In this document: positions 38,360 to 51,180 of the stretch, in pieces
How positions within the stretch are numbered: the first letter of the stretch is position 1
How the letters are laid out: the number at the start of each line of letters is the position of its first letter
Origin: Chrysomallon squamiferum
Taxonomy: Eukaryota > Animalia > Mollusca
Assembly: GCA_012295275.1 (NCBI GenBank)
Contig: CM022666.1
Location: 11,470,001 to 11,534,000, forward strand
Direction: 5' to 3'
DNA length: 64,000 nt
The notes under the pieces: model-generated
What the model saw: only the letters and a program-made list of their open reading frames with translations
The model's database searches: none
What the model was told of the DNA's origin: nothing
Program-made: the position numbers and the translations under genes

Positions 38360-38768
38360 TGGACAACTACTCTCTGGCCAACTGATCTCTGGACAATAGC
38401 TCACCAGTATGATGAGTAATAGGGCAACTGCTCACTGGACAATACCTCACCAATATGATGAGTAATAAGGCAACTGCTCACTGGACAATAGCTCACCAAT
38501 ATGATGAGTAATAGGGCAACTGCTCACTGGACAATAGCTCACAGTATGATGAGTAATAGGGCAACTGCTCACTGGACAATACCTCACCAATATGATGAGT
38601 AATAGGGCAACTGCTCACTGGACAATAGCTCACAGTATGATGAGTAATAAGGCAACTGCTCACAATGGACAATAGGGCAACTGCTCACTGGACAATAGCT
38701 ATATGATGAGTAATAAGGCAACTGCTCACTGGACAATACCACACTGGACAATAGCTCACCAGTATGAT
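38360..38768. repeat. 45-46 bp minisatellite, about 8 copies, in AARS2 intron 11
   Basis: Unit ggcaactgctcactggacaatagctcaccaatatgatgagtaatag, with copies starting at 38423, 38469, 38515, 38560 and onward; degenerate at both ends. Confidence 0.92.
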
Positions 38769-39261
38769 TCTTTTATCAGTAACATTTTATTTTAGGCATG
38801 TACATGTAAATGGCTTGGTGAGAGATAAATAAATAAATAAAATAAATAAGATAATAAAATTAATTCTAAATCAGCTATATTTTAAACAAGTGCAGCACAA
38901 AAGAATACTGTAGGAGATAATGAAAGTGAGAAGTAAGTGCCTCCTTACAAAATCAATTATAGGAACCTCAAAAACTTTAATTAAGTGAACTGTGTAATTA
39001 ACACAACTTTGAATTGTGCTTTTAGAAATGCTCTATTTTACAGATCTTTTATTAAAATTCTTTTAAATAAAATTCTACTTTTAAAAAATCTTAAAGGTGA
39101 GGTAACTGTCCTATTTCTTATATTGAGATTTTTTTTGTATTTTACTCAAAAGATCATTTGTTGTTGCAAGTGAAAAAAAAAAAAATTCTATAATACTTGT
39201 AATAGTTTACTGTTAACTATTTCTTTCATTACTACAAAGTGATTTAAAGTCAGATGTGTAC

Positions 39262-39400
39262 CGTAATGTCCACCAGTCTTTTTGTAGTTGTACTTGTCCA
39301 GACTGACCGTGTTGGGCACTCCCTCCATCCACAGAACATCGAGTGCTGGAAAGTATAATTCAATGTTTGATGCAGTTGTGCTGGAAGATGCTGACTGATC
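39262..39400 (-). CDS. AARS2: AARS2 exon 11
   Basis: DQSASSSTTASNIELYFPALDVLWMEGVPNTVSLDKYNYKKTGGHY. Confidence 0.85.
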
Positions 39401-39624
39401 CTAATAAGAAAGATGTACATAAAGAAAAAAAAAAAAAAAAAAAAAAAAAAAGTGTTTTCAATTCTGACACTGCCATACAGGATGAAATAAATCTACTCCA
39501 AACTAAATCTGTTAATATTTTCTTTTTAAATAGGAAATGTTAGACATGTATGGTTAAAGATAACTCTAAAATGTAACTGTCACACAAAAGTGTTTTGTGA
39601 AGTTTTAATGTGAGAGTGATGTAC

Positions 39625-39758
39625 CTTGAATTCTTGTTGTTTGCGATAAAAGCCGTCCATGTCAATGTGAAGTCCTCTTTCATCAGCCAACTCCATTATC
39701 TGATCTAGGAAGACTGGGTCGCCATAACGACCTTGATGAAGATCCCATACTGTCTTAC
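39625..39758 (-). CDS. AARS2: AARS2 exon 10
   Basis: GKTVWDLHQGRYGDPVFLDQIMELADERGLHIDMDGFYRKQQEFK. Confidence 0.9.
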
Positions 39759-40453
39759 CTAAAATGGAAATAACAGAATATAACATTTGTTTTAAATCAT
39801 TATGAAGTCACCAAATCACTTAGCATAGTGTCAAAATGTGCGTGGTAACTCAGATAAACTGATTTAATTTTTTTTATGAAGTTAGTACTTTTTAAAATAA
39901 CTAGCCCAAAATTATGTTCTATACCACTATCTAAATACATAAAAATGCTTCATGTTATTTGTGGACTGTTCAAAAGAAAGGATACACATCTAAACTGTTA
40001 CTATAAAATGTCAGTGTTAGTTGAGACCTCTCTCAGTATGTACTAATTACCATTCTTCACATTAAAGAAAAAAAAAAATCTAGCAATCTTATGGTTCAGA
40101 ATTCAACAAAATGCATTGAATAATTAATTCTATTTATTTTTTTTTTTTTTTAATTATAGAGTTCACTTCATTACAAATTCAATGATTAAGTACAAAACAT
40201 ATTTAGGAATTGGATCAGCAGTTGGTTTTAAAAATTCATGCCAGGAGATCTACATTTATACCACATCAAAGATACAAATAAACTTTGTTTCATAAAAGAC
40301 GTGCACAGAAAAGACAAAAACCTGATTAAGGTGATTCATAAAAGAAAAGTGAGTGAAAAATCTGTCTACATGAAACAAACAAATAATAATGTAATTCTTT
40401 TAAAAAATTAAATTTAAAATACAATTACAGATTAAACAATTTAATATTTATAC

Positions 40454-40568
40454 CGGCCAGTTTGAAGGAAGGCATTCCCTCTTTTCGTAACATTCGTTCA
40501 AATGCTCGGACTCCTTTTTCCTTCATTTGAAAATAGCTGTCTTCTGACTGGATTAAAACTTCCTTTAT
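40454..40568 (-). CDS. AARS2: AARS2 exon 9
   Basis: IKEVLIQSEDSYFQMKEKGVRAFERMLRKEGMPSFKLA. Confidence 0.87.
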
Positions 40569-40871
40569 CTAAAATAATTTAATCATTTCTTTGTCCGTTT
40601 TATCTTTACTTATGTAATATAAACTTTGCAATATTTTTTATAACTGTGACATAATTGGAAATAATAAACATTTCACAATGTATATTTTTATGGCATAAAT
40701 AAGTATATTTTTTTTTCGTAGTTAATTTTTTTTTATTAATTACCGAAGAAGAAAGAACTGAATATTTTATTTTATTTTATTTATTTGTTTGTGTTTCTTT
40801 GGCAAAAATCATCTTAATTGCTTGATTTCCTGTAAAAGTATTTAATTATTTAATTAAGCTAAAAAGCTTAC

Positions 40872-40910
40872 TTTTCTGGAATTCTTCTCCAGTTCTGGAT
40901 ATGTGTCACC
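40872..40910 (-). CDS. AARS2: AARS2 exon 8 (39 nt)
   Basis: GDTYPELEKNSRK (conserved YPEL); tAG acceptor and GTaagc donor. Confidence 0.88.
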
Positions 40911-42163
40911 CTATTCAAAAAATATATCACACAGAAATCATAAAATAATGGCATTATAATAAAAATTATTCCAGTAAAATGTATTAGTAAACAGAATTTT
41001 AGTGAGGTCGAGATGTAAAAAATTATCTTTTTGTATAAATGTGTCATGGTGCCAATGCTTAAAGTGCTTATTATCATGTCTAGGACACTATGACAAGGAT
41101 TTGTAAATTTTAAACTGTGACAATAAAATACATCCAACAGATAAATAACACGTCAACAAGAGTACAGTTAGTGATTTATTCATATACAGAACATACTTTG
41201 TAACAATATTAAATAAATTTAACACAACTAAATTATTTACAGTTTTGTGGAAACCTGAGTTAAATTAATTAAAGAATGAATTGGCCATTCATATATATAT
41301 ATATATCTATATTAAACAATATGCCATTAATGAGACAGATTACACTGCCTAATGAGAGTATCAAAAAAACAACAAGGGAGAAAAGTTTCTTTATAGATCC
41401 TGTTGCCAAAGTTTCAAATTCTCTCCTGTGACCTCTGTGTTCATCAAACAGAACCATGTCACGTTCATACAACTCACATGTCACTTTTCAAAGCCCACAG
41501 ATATAAGATTGCTGCAGACCTTGGTGAAAACCACAGAATCAAAGAGAAAAATGAAGCCTAGACAGTGGACAAATTTCTAAGCTATGTTAATTTGTCACAC
41601 AAAACTCACAATATCTTGGCTGCTAATTTACAATTTAAAAACTGCCTTTAAAAGTTTATCAATGTGTTTATGAAAAGAATCTTTGATACTTCCTATGACT
41701 TCACTGATTTGTTATACAGACTGTATCTTGTTATTAAAACTCCTTTAAAAGATCAAACATCAAAATGAAGTTACTAGAATTCCCTGTTTAAAAACTTAAC
41801 ATATTTAATATCATTTCAGCTGGGGTTTTAATTAATGTTGAGACTAGCTGAAAATATCACTGGACCAACAAAATATGTGAGGAGTAAATAGAACATTTCC
41901 TTCTTAGTCTGTTTTACTGCTTCTAGTATGATTAAAAAACAAACCAAATTCTTAACAAAGGGTAATTAAAATTTAATCTTTTTTTAATTTGATATTTGGT
42001 AACATTAAAATGATTTTAATATTTATGACCATTTTTAACTCCATGTGGAACATCTTAAGTATCTTTTACTTGGCGTTTACCTTTACTACTGTTGCAATAA
42101 GATGTAGAAAACAGTTACCAGAGCCACAAAACAATAAAATATTAAACTGAATTTTATACTGAC

Positions 42164-42272
42164 CAGTGATTCCACAACATCATCTACAAGTGAGGGTAAT
42201 AATCCTTTCTTAACACGGAATATGTCTTCTGCTTGTTTCATGCTTCTGTAGATTATCTGTCGTAGCTTGTGT
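42164..42272 (-). CDS. AARS2: AARS2 exon 7
   Basis: HKLRQIIYRSMKQAEDIFRVKKGLLPSLVDDVVESL, phase-compatible with neighbours. Confidence 0.9.
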
Positions 42273-42938
42273 CTAGAAAATAGATAGCTTCATTAATTTA
42301 TACCTTTAAATAACTGATCATTCCATAAAATTCACATCTAAACATAAATAAGATAAAAATGATTCTTAATATATATATATACACTCCAAAAACATAAATG
42401 CATAATTATTTAGTTTAAACGATAGCATTAAACAGATAACAGTGAATAAAATACATATAGGGCTTTCACACTAAGCTGGTAGGCAACACAATCTCTGTAT
42501 ACATTTTTCTCAACAAAAATAGACAACCATAATCAAGACAAATTTGATCTAGTTTGAAACCTACATTTATTTTAACATCCATATCCAAGTAATCATAAAA
42601 CTTTATGACAAAACCTTTGTGTGTGCTGCAATTTCAAATCACCATCTGGAGTTTCCAGTCAAAATGATTTTGTTTCATAAGAATTATTTCTGTTTAAAGA
42701 TAATCTTTACTTCTCAAGATGCTGTTTAACATACTTAGTATAGAAAGAGTGCTATATAATCATGGTATAAATAACAATAATAATAATCATCCAACTCTGG
42801 CCTGTGAACTCGTGTTTAACATGAGAACATTCTGCTGCTTTCTACTGATCCGTTAAATATATATCTCTAATGTCATAATATTACTTTGGCATTTGTTTTT
42901 GTCTGGACAATATGACTGGATGATGATAAAATAAATAC

Positions 42939-43084
42939 TCAAGATTATCGCCTCCTGGCAGTAAACCATCAGCAATGGAGACACACATCATGCGAGCATG
43001 ATCAGCTATAATCCGATATCCTCTGTCTATCTCATCATAGTCATCAGACCCAGTTCTACCCTGGTAAGCTGGGGCTCCTGATAT
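42939..43084 (-). CDS. AARS2: AARS2 exon 6
   Basis: ISGAPAYQG...YRIIADHARMMCVSIADGLLPGGDNLE. Confidence 0.93.
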
Positions 43085-43517
43085 CTGCAGATACAAACAA
43101 GAGACATATTTTTAATTTAAAAATTACAAACACAGGATTACACCAAAGAATTAGATCATTTATTTGAGCAATCAAACCCTTGTTACAAATAATCAGAAAA
43201 TACTTCAATTTGTGGAATACAATTATTTAATTATTTACTTATTGTAAAAAAATTGTGTGTAAGTTAAAATAAAATTTCAAAATTTTCCAGTACTGCATAG
43301 TCTACCTTTCTTAATTATCTCAGATAACTTTTAATGCCTGATATAAAATAATTTCATTATCTTAACATTTCAAAACTTGTGTCTATTCTTTAAATAAATC
43401 CTAAAAGTTGTGTATTCTTTTAAATTTACTAATGTAGGTAAATACTTCTATAAAATATATTAAAAAAGCAGTTAATGATTTAAAAAAAAAGTAATATATA
43501 GAAACAATCAAAATAAC

Positions 43518-43662
43518 CTTTTGTATTCTAGAAAACAGAGGCTGGAACAAATCTGTGTCATAGTTAGAACGTGAACCCTGCAGAATTGCTGTGATTCGTT
43601 CAAATCCCATCCCTGTGTCCACGTGACGTTTTGACAACTTTACCAATGACTCATCTGGAAGC
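43518..43662 (-). CDS. AARS2: AARS2 exon 5
   Basis: [29 protein letters not shown]...[14 protein letters not shown]. Confidence 0.95.
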
Positions 43663-43812
43663 CTGCTCAACAGACAAAAACATTAATTGAACATTTCAAT
43701 AATTATAACTTGTCATCAGTCAATTATATTGTAATTAGCATTTTGACAACAGCTAAATTAAGATTCTAATTTTTTTTATCAGTTAATTATATTTAGCAGA
43801 GTTAAAACTGAC

Positions 43813-44004
43813 CTGTTGAATTCTATGAATACGAGATTCCACACCTCAACAACATCAGGGCTGTCCTGGTTAACTAAACTTGCTGCATTTCTGCTGCCCA
43901 CATGATCAAAGTGAATTTCTGTGCATGGGCCGCAGGGGCCACTTTCACCCATATCCCAGAAGTTGTCCTTCATTCCAAATGGCAGTATGTGACTTGCGGG
44001 TATT
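43813..44004 (-). CDS. AARS2: AARS2 exon 4
   Basis: [33 protein letters not shown]...[12 protein letters not shown]. Confidence 0.95.
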
Positions 44005-44141
44005 CTGCAAACACATTGTATTTACATAATTATTACAATCAGTATCATAATTCAGATAGAAGAAACTGCTTATTCTTTTTATTTTAAATATGTAATTAAA
44101 AAATGTTGCGTTGTCTCAAGAGTTATTTATATTTTACTAAC

Positions 44142-44287
44142 CCTAGAGAAAGCCAAATATCCCTGACTTCAAGATCTGGGGAAATTCCCAGTGTCTCATT
44201 ACCCTCAAAATAAGTCATGTATAACTGATCCTTTGGTAAGCTGAATGCCCCTGTTAACAAATCTAAGGCCATACTGCAAGCTTCTTT
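44142..44287 (-). CDS. AARS2: AARS2 exon 3
   Basis: KEACSMALDLLTGAFSLPKDQLYMTYFEG...DIWLSLG, with AG/GT boundaries. Confidence 0.92.
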
Positions 44288-44613
44288 CTAGAATAAATAA
44301 TAGACACCAACTGAACTTTTAAAATATTTTAACAGAAGTGGTTTGTCACAATACAAATAATATAATCACAGAAATAAAAAGTTTATAAAGAGAATTTTTG
44401 TTGTTGAAAAAAAACAAAAAACAAACAACAAACCAAAATACACCAGATTACAACTATTCTCAAGATATCTAAATGAATTATACAAATAAGAAAAATGAAG
44501 AAGAAAAGTAACATTTCTTTTACTCAAAGATGTTCAATGTGAATTAAATCTTAACAATACTTTACAATACTTAGTCACTTTGCAGTAACTGATTTTGTTA
44601 TAAAATCTTATTA

Positions 44614-44865
<252 letters not shown>

Positions 44866-45615
44866 TTATTGATGATAAAGGTAAGATATGTTTTTAATTT
44901 AAAAAGAAACAAAAAACAAAAACAAATTTTTGAGGCTGTATTTATACAAGACTTTTATAATTTACATTCACAATCTTTTGGTCATATGTCATTATAATTT
45001 AATATGAAAAACAGCCTATTTGTAAAGTTTCATGGTAAAGTTGCCTTACTACAGAGTTGAAATATGTATCACTGTCTGTAGATATTTTAAAACAACATCA
45101 TTTATTTATTGATTAGGTCAACTTAAATCTAACCAATTAGTTATACAAGTTATTCAAACATTTGACCTTCCAAATATTTTTTTTTTTTTTTTTTTTTTTA
45201 AACAATAATAGTTATATAATTAATAAATAGATAATTAAATTCATAAAGAAAAATGCAATAAAAATTATATTCAGATAAAACTAAAAAAAAAAGAGAAGAA
45301 TCACAAAAACAAAAAGTACCTTAGTCCTCAGTCAATAAAACAAACTAATTTTTATATATTTTATTTTACTTTATTTTATTTTATTTTTTTATTATTTTTA
45401 TTTTCATTGGATGTGATGTTTTAATTGTGCATTGCCTATCTTGTAGAAAAATCAGTTATATTTTATTTACAAAGCCAATTTAACTATAATCAGATATATA
45501 TAAATGCTGGAGAGAAACTGAAACTGACAATAGTTTTTTTTTTTATGAATGTATTTAGTATTTCCTGAGTATAGATGCAAAATGTAAAAAATATATAAAA
45601 GTTAAAAATCACTAC

Positions 45616-45846
45616 CTGATTCATCCCAGCGTTCGTGAAGTAAGTTCCTTGATTTTTTTGTGGAATAACGGAAGATGAAGGCACAATAAGATGTTCATGA
45701 TTTTTATGAAAAAAATCAATGAACGATTTTCGGACATCGCAACTACGCCATGACTCTTTCTTTGAGCTTGTTGACAAGTGATGTCTCGAAAGTTTCAACA
45801 AGCGCAGATTATTCCTCCATATCGCTGATCGATAACTACTTGCCAT
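45616..45846 (-). CDS. AARS2: AARS2 exon 1 (mitochondrial targeting peptide and motif 1)
   Basis: MASSYRSAIWRNNLRLLKLSRHHLST...FTNAGMNQ|gtagtg. Confidence 0.92.
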
Positions 45847-45997
45847 TTTTATTCTAAAATATGTCTTGTATACTGTGTGCAGAGAAGCGCTTTTTTATTA
45901 ACTGAGCTGTAAATACTTCCATTGAATTTGGCTAAACAATTTGTTTAATTTTTTTTACAAAAGTTGTCTCTGACATTGATACATAGGATGATGACAT

Positions 45998-46013
45998 GGG
46001 CGCAGCCATATTG
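45998..46013 (-). promoter_or_regulatory. YY1-like element upstream of AARS2
   Basis: The minus strand reads CAATATGGCTGCGCCC about 150 nt upstream of the ATG. This matches the YY1 core (AANATGGC) common near the TSS of housekeeping genes. Confidence 0.5.
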
Positions 46014-48700
46014 ATATGAAATCGAGGTTGAGCGGAAAGACAATTATTTTCTGCTAGTAAAGTGGTTCTTATCTAGAACGGTCCTTTCTGAGACCAGATT
46101 GTTTTTCAATGGATACGAAAACGAACAACATATTCCATTGCTAAAGCGGACAATCATACCGATTTGATTTGTTTTCTTCAAAATAAATAATTTTATTAAT
46201 GTACGGCAACTTTATACGAAATCCCGGGTAGGCTGATGTAGTTTTAGCTGAATTACAAAGCCCGCGAGCTTCTGATTTTTGTTAAAACAAATAACTGAAT
46301 ATTTACAACCGTTTCTTCAAAATAAGTATGGTATTATTTGTATTGTTCGTAAGACTATGATGAATAATTATGTGACAATCTCGAGCATTTCATTATTAAC
46401 TCCAAGTTAGTCGGACTTGTGTCTTCAGAACTATTGTTGTGCATCTGTTTTTAAGTTCACTGGAATACAATATTTTGAATGGCTTGCACATACGCAAGAC
46501 AGCTTTATACGATATGCAAAGAGGTCCATTGTTTTGTTTTTTGTTGAATTACAGAAGTCCGCGAACTCGCTTGCTCAGCAAACATGGAACTAAGATTATG
46601 CATGTGAATAAAGATTGTAAATAAGTTAACCCATTTGGTATATAATTTTGTTAATTTAAATCGTTCAGCATCATTCCATAATTTATGTTTTATAAACACC
46701 GCGTCTTAACGGACATTTTTTTTAGTCCGACTGGCACAAATCAAAGCTGAACTGCGTTTCAAACGTAATATTTGCTTATGAGTTCGATGATGTACTTAAC
46801 ACGTTTTATTTACATCCATCAAATTGATGACCAATGAACTCGATCTATTTTCAACTGTAGAAATAGCCGTGATGCTTGCTGTGGCAATGCCCGGCCACGA
46901 CGAGTACTGCAAGACTTTAAACTATTTATAATATAAAATCCTAGTATGATGGAAACAAGAACAAAAAAATTGATATATATATATATATATAAAATATTAA
47001 AAAAACAATAATCATTCTAATATAAAATCATGTTTATTAAAATTGTTTGTTTTGTTTACATTTATTCATTTTGAACAAAATTTCAATTTCAGTTGGCAGA
47101 TCATTTACGCATAACGAATTTCATTAAAAATCGATATCTCAAATATAATTTATTCTGTAATCATAATTCAGGCAATTTCTCAGCTGGCTTCTCCAGACAT
47201 GTAATCATTAAATGTATTAGCCTACACATGCCATGCCATATAGTCCTTTATCTCAGGTACTTCTATCCAAAAGTGAAAAAGAATGAGGCTTTTTATTATT
47301 ATATTCTGTTATGCTGTGTTTTATTATTTTATATTTTTTATTATTTATTACTTAATTGAATTGAATTGAATTTCTTATTTAATGATTTTTAATTTTTTTT
47401 TTTTAAACATACATTTATATTCTTTCATAACAAAATAAAAAGTATATATATATATATAATAAATAAAAAGTTTAAAAAACACCCGTTCAACATTTCATGA
47501 TCTCCATGATTTCTTACTTTAGACTTACAATTTTATCGTTAAAATTTCAGTAAAGTAGTTTTTTACGTAACGTCTTTCGGATAAAGTATCTACTTACTGT
47601 ATTTGATCCTGAATACTTATAAATATAATAAATAAATAAATAAATAAATAATAGCTTCATGTTCTTGTTTATATTACTAATACATTTAACATCCGTTTAA
47701 TGCAGATTTCGGTTTCTATCCGAAACATGTTTAATTGTTTAAATGGTTTTCCCCTTTTCTTCCAAATCGGTATCACAAGAGAAACGTTAAAATGTCTTCC
47801 ATTTATTGTGGAGAGGGGTGTTTAATTTAATAAAGTGTCAGCTGGAGAAGAATTTTCAGTAAAATGCTGCGATTGCACATTGAATATTTTATATACACAT
47901 TCATCCTTTGTTGATGTTGTCAGCAATAAAGTCACTGAGAAATATTTTAACTATACACACATTTTATTGTTAAAATATATTTATATTTATTTATTTGTTT
48001 GTTTGTTTGTTTGTTTGTTTGTTTATTTATTTATTTATTTATTTATTTTAAAGTCTTGTTATATATGACAGTTCCTAATAAATAGTTCTGAAAAGTTATC
48101 TTTATCTACAAGGAAAAAGACCAGAATTATCCAGAATCTTTACAGACGAGAAATAAAAATGTTAGTTTAAACAGATAACTTTAAATAATTTGATAATTTC
48201 TGTATTTTACTTCTCAAAAATATTTGAAAAAAAGAAGGTTAAATAAAATAAAGTGATACATAAATAATAATAATACAAAATTAAGTAAAGCTTTAAAAGT
48301 TTAAAAAAAAAAAAAAAAAAATTCTTTGTGTACTAAGAATAATTAGTTGATATATAATTGAATGCATATACATTGTTTTGGTTCAACAAGTTTCATTTAA
48401 CCAAATTTAAAAAAATCTTTACAATTTGTTTTTAAAAATGCATCTGGTTGACATTTTAACGGATGGAATACAAATTTCTAGATAATCGATTTTGAGCGTT
48501 TCTGGGTCTCCTTTATTGATTGAGGATTCTCATACGTTAACTGACACATTCTCTTCACGACAGTTTTAACAATCTTTCTTCAGAAAACAGTTGGAGATAC
48601 TGTGTATTAAAAGTTTGTTATAACAGACAAAAGTGGCTTTGAAAATTTCTCTTCGCATCCTCTTGAAGGTGTATATTATTTTATCACGTGTGTGTGTTCA

Positions 48701-48705
<5 letters not shown>

Positions 48706-48766
<61 letters not shown>
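48706..48766. repeat. (GA)n microsatellite
   Basis: Direct read. Confidence 0.97.
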
Positions 48767-48767
<1 letters not shown>

Positions 48768-48982
48768 AGCAGCAGCAGCATTCAAATAATGCACTTTTAC
48801 AAAAATGCACTTTCCCCATAAGTCACAAACTAGTACCATCTAGAAAATGTCACTAGAATTAAAATAATAAGCAAGTGTGATGCATTAGAAGTTTCAACAA
48901 CATGAGATCCACAGTTTCTGTAATCTTGAAAAGTTACACCACGATGATATATCCAGAATATCATTCAGACACCGATTTGTAT

Positions 48983-48985
<3 letters not shown>

Positions 48986-49066
<81 letters not shown>
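48986..49066. repeat. (CT)n microsatellite
   Basis: Direct read. Confidence 0.97.
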
Positions 49067-49070
<4 letters not shown>

Positions 49071-49379
49071 CCGAACAACATTCTGCTAATTTTGTTGTTT
49101 TTGTTTGCAATAAATACATTAATGAAAAAAGAAAGAAAGAAAAAATCACATTAGCAATAATATATCTAAATTATATGTGTATTACCTCCCATATGTTTTC
49201 AGGGGCTTTCAGTATATATTATTTTAAAATATTGTTGTTTTTATTGCCTATCATTTCAAGTAACATGCAGCTTTTATCTTATTCTTTTTTCCGCACAGGA
49301 TTCTTAAAACGTGGTAGAAAATTAGCCTCAAGAAGTCAACTTTGCAGATCAGTAATCATTTTAACTCTTCTTTTCTTAC

Positions 49380-49413
<34 letters not shown>

Positions 49414-49964
49414 CTTTTCAAATCTGTTGTATTGACAGGCAAAATATTGAACATTTTCACCATTATTTGTTTCTTTATTCTGATAAATTTTACTTAATGC
49501 AAACTAAACATTTTAGGCCCTCATTACTCAGAATTAGAGATGAGCATTAGCGGAAATAACTAACCTTCTGTATTATTATCCTGAATTTTCAAAAGTGTAT
49601 TTATTATTTTTTAAAACATATTTTCTAATGAACCACTCGGGCTGCAATTTGTGAAAATGTCGGAAATATACAACCTTATGCAGAACTTTTTTATTTTTTA
49701 TTCATGCATTACAAAATTTGAAACGCTTTAACATAAAACTCAGCGATTGATAAAACGAATGATTCACTATCTGGAACCTAATTAAGGTTGAGCATCTGTG
49801 TAAGTGATTATTAACTGATTGGTTTATTTTTTTACTTACTTATTTACTAACAAGTTAATCTTTAGTTTTGAAGTCGTGTTCGGAATGAGTTTTTTTCTTT
49901 TCTTGATTTATTGTTTTGAAATCATTTATACTATTTGAGATTTATGGGTTTTAACATGTAAACG

Positions 49965-50290
49965 AGCATGAGAAAATGATATCATTAGCACTTTTAATGA
50001 AAAAGTAAAGTTTTCTGTATCTTTTTCTAAACTCAGATACTGTACATGAGAAAATGATATCATTAGCACGTTTAATGAAAAAGTACAGTTTTCTGTATCT
50101 TTTTCTAAACTCAGATACTGTACATGAGAAAATGATATTATTAGCACGTTTAATGAAAGAGTATAGTTTTCTGTATCTATTTTTAAACTGTACACAGTTG
50201 TGCTTTTGTGTAATTACCAGTGTATAGTTTTCTGTATCTATTTTTGAACTGTACACAATTGTGCTTTTGTGTAATTACCAGTCTACAGTT
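49965..50290. repeat. Compound tandem array (78 bp unit x about 2.7, then 61 bp unit x about 2)
   Basis: catgagaaaatgatat... recurs every 78 bp; gtatagttttctgtatctatttt...gtaattaccagt recurs at 50161 and 50222. Both units share agttttctgtatct. Confidence 0.88.
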
Positions 50291-51180
50291 TGTTACTTCA
50301 GGAGTATCCGACTTGAGAGCTTTTAAAATCTCTTTTTGACATTTATTTTAGTGTTTCTTTCTCACTATAAATCGTAGATTTCCATAAACAAAAATGTATT
50401 TTGTCTATAAAAAAATTAATGAAACAAAACAATAAAAAGACAATAAATGTGAAATTAAAATTATAACAAAATATAATTTACTTCACGAAGCAAAATAAAA
50501 AAGAGAAACAAAATGTGAAGCACATTTGTAAAAGCATAAAAACAACTTAAGAAAACCAAAAAAAACCAAAGGTATAAATTAACAATAACTTTCATGAGTT
50601 CATCTAAATAATACAACTGTAAATATATATTTTTAATAAAATTATATTTCTGTAAATTTATAATACTGAACTAAATTAAAAACAGTCAAAATTGTTTCAT
50701 TTTGTTTTAATTGCAGCTAACAGAGACAACTTTGTCATGACTTACAAACACGAAACTAATTTTGTTTAAACTTTCTAAAGGCGGAGGCATAGATTCATCA
50801 TAATAGACATCTATTTTCTTTTCTTTCTTTTTTTTTTTTCGTTTCTTCTGTAATTTCAATTTTCTTTTGATAATCATTCTTTTTCTTTCATTAATACTTT
50901 ACGACACCATGCAGGAACCAAAAATATTCCTTTCAGTTAGTTTAATCTAGAAAGTGTATTATTTGGTTTCATCGATCACAAAGAAAAATGTAATTTTGTC
51001 TGGTAAGAACTGAATGCTGTAAATTATTAGAATCTGTTTAGTAGCAAATCTTTAATCTAGTTTGTAATTTCAAAAATGATGAATAAATAAATAAATAAAT
51101 AAAATAATATTATATATAATAAATAAATAAGTAAATAAGTAAAAAAGTAAAAATACTAATAGTAATAACTGAAAGTGTTG

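Noticed and set aside
38360-38768. CRISPR-like array, hammerhead ribozyme repeat or C/D snoRNA cluster
   Set aside because: Units are head-to-tail with no unique spacers and no cas genes. The hammerhead CUGAUGA...GAAA core is missing. The box-C-like ATGATGA is antisense to the host gene with no paired D box.
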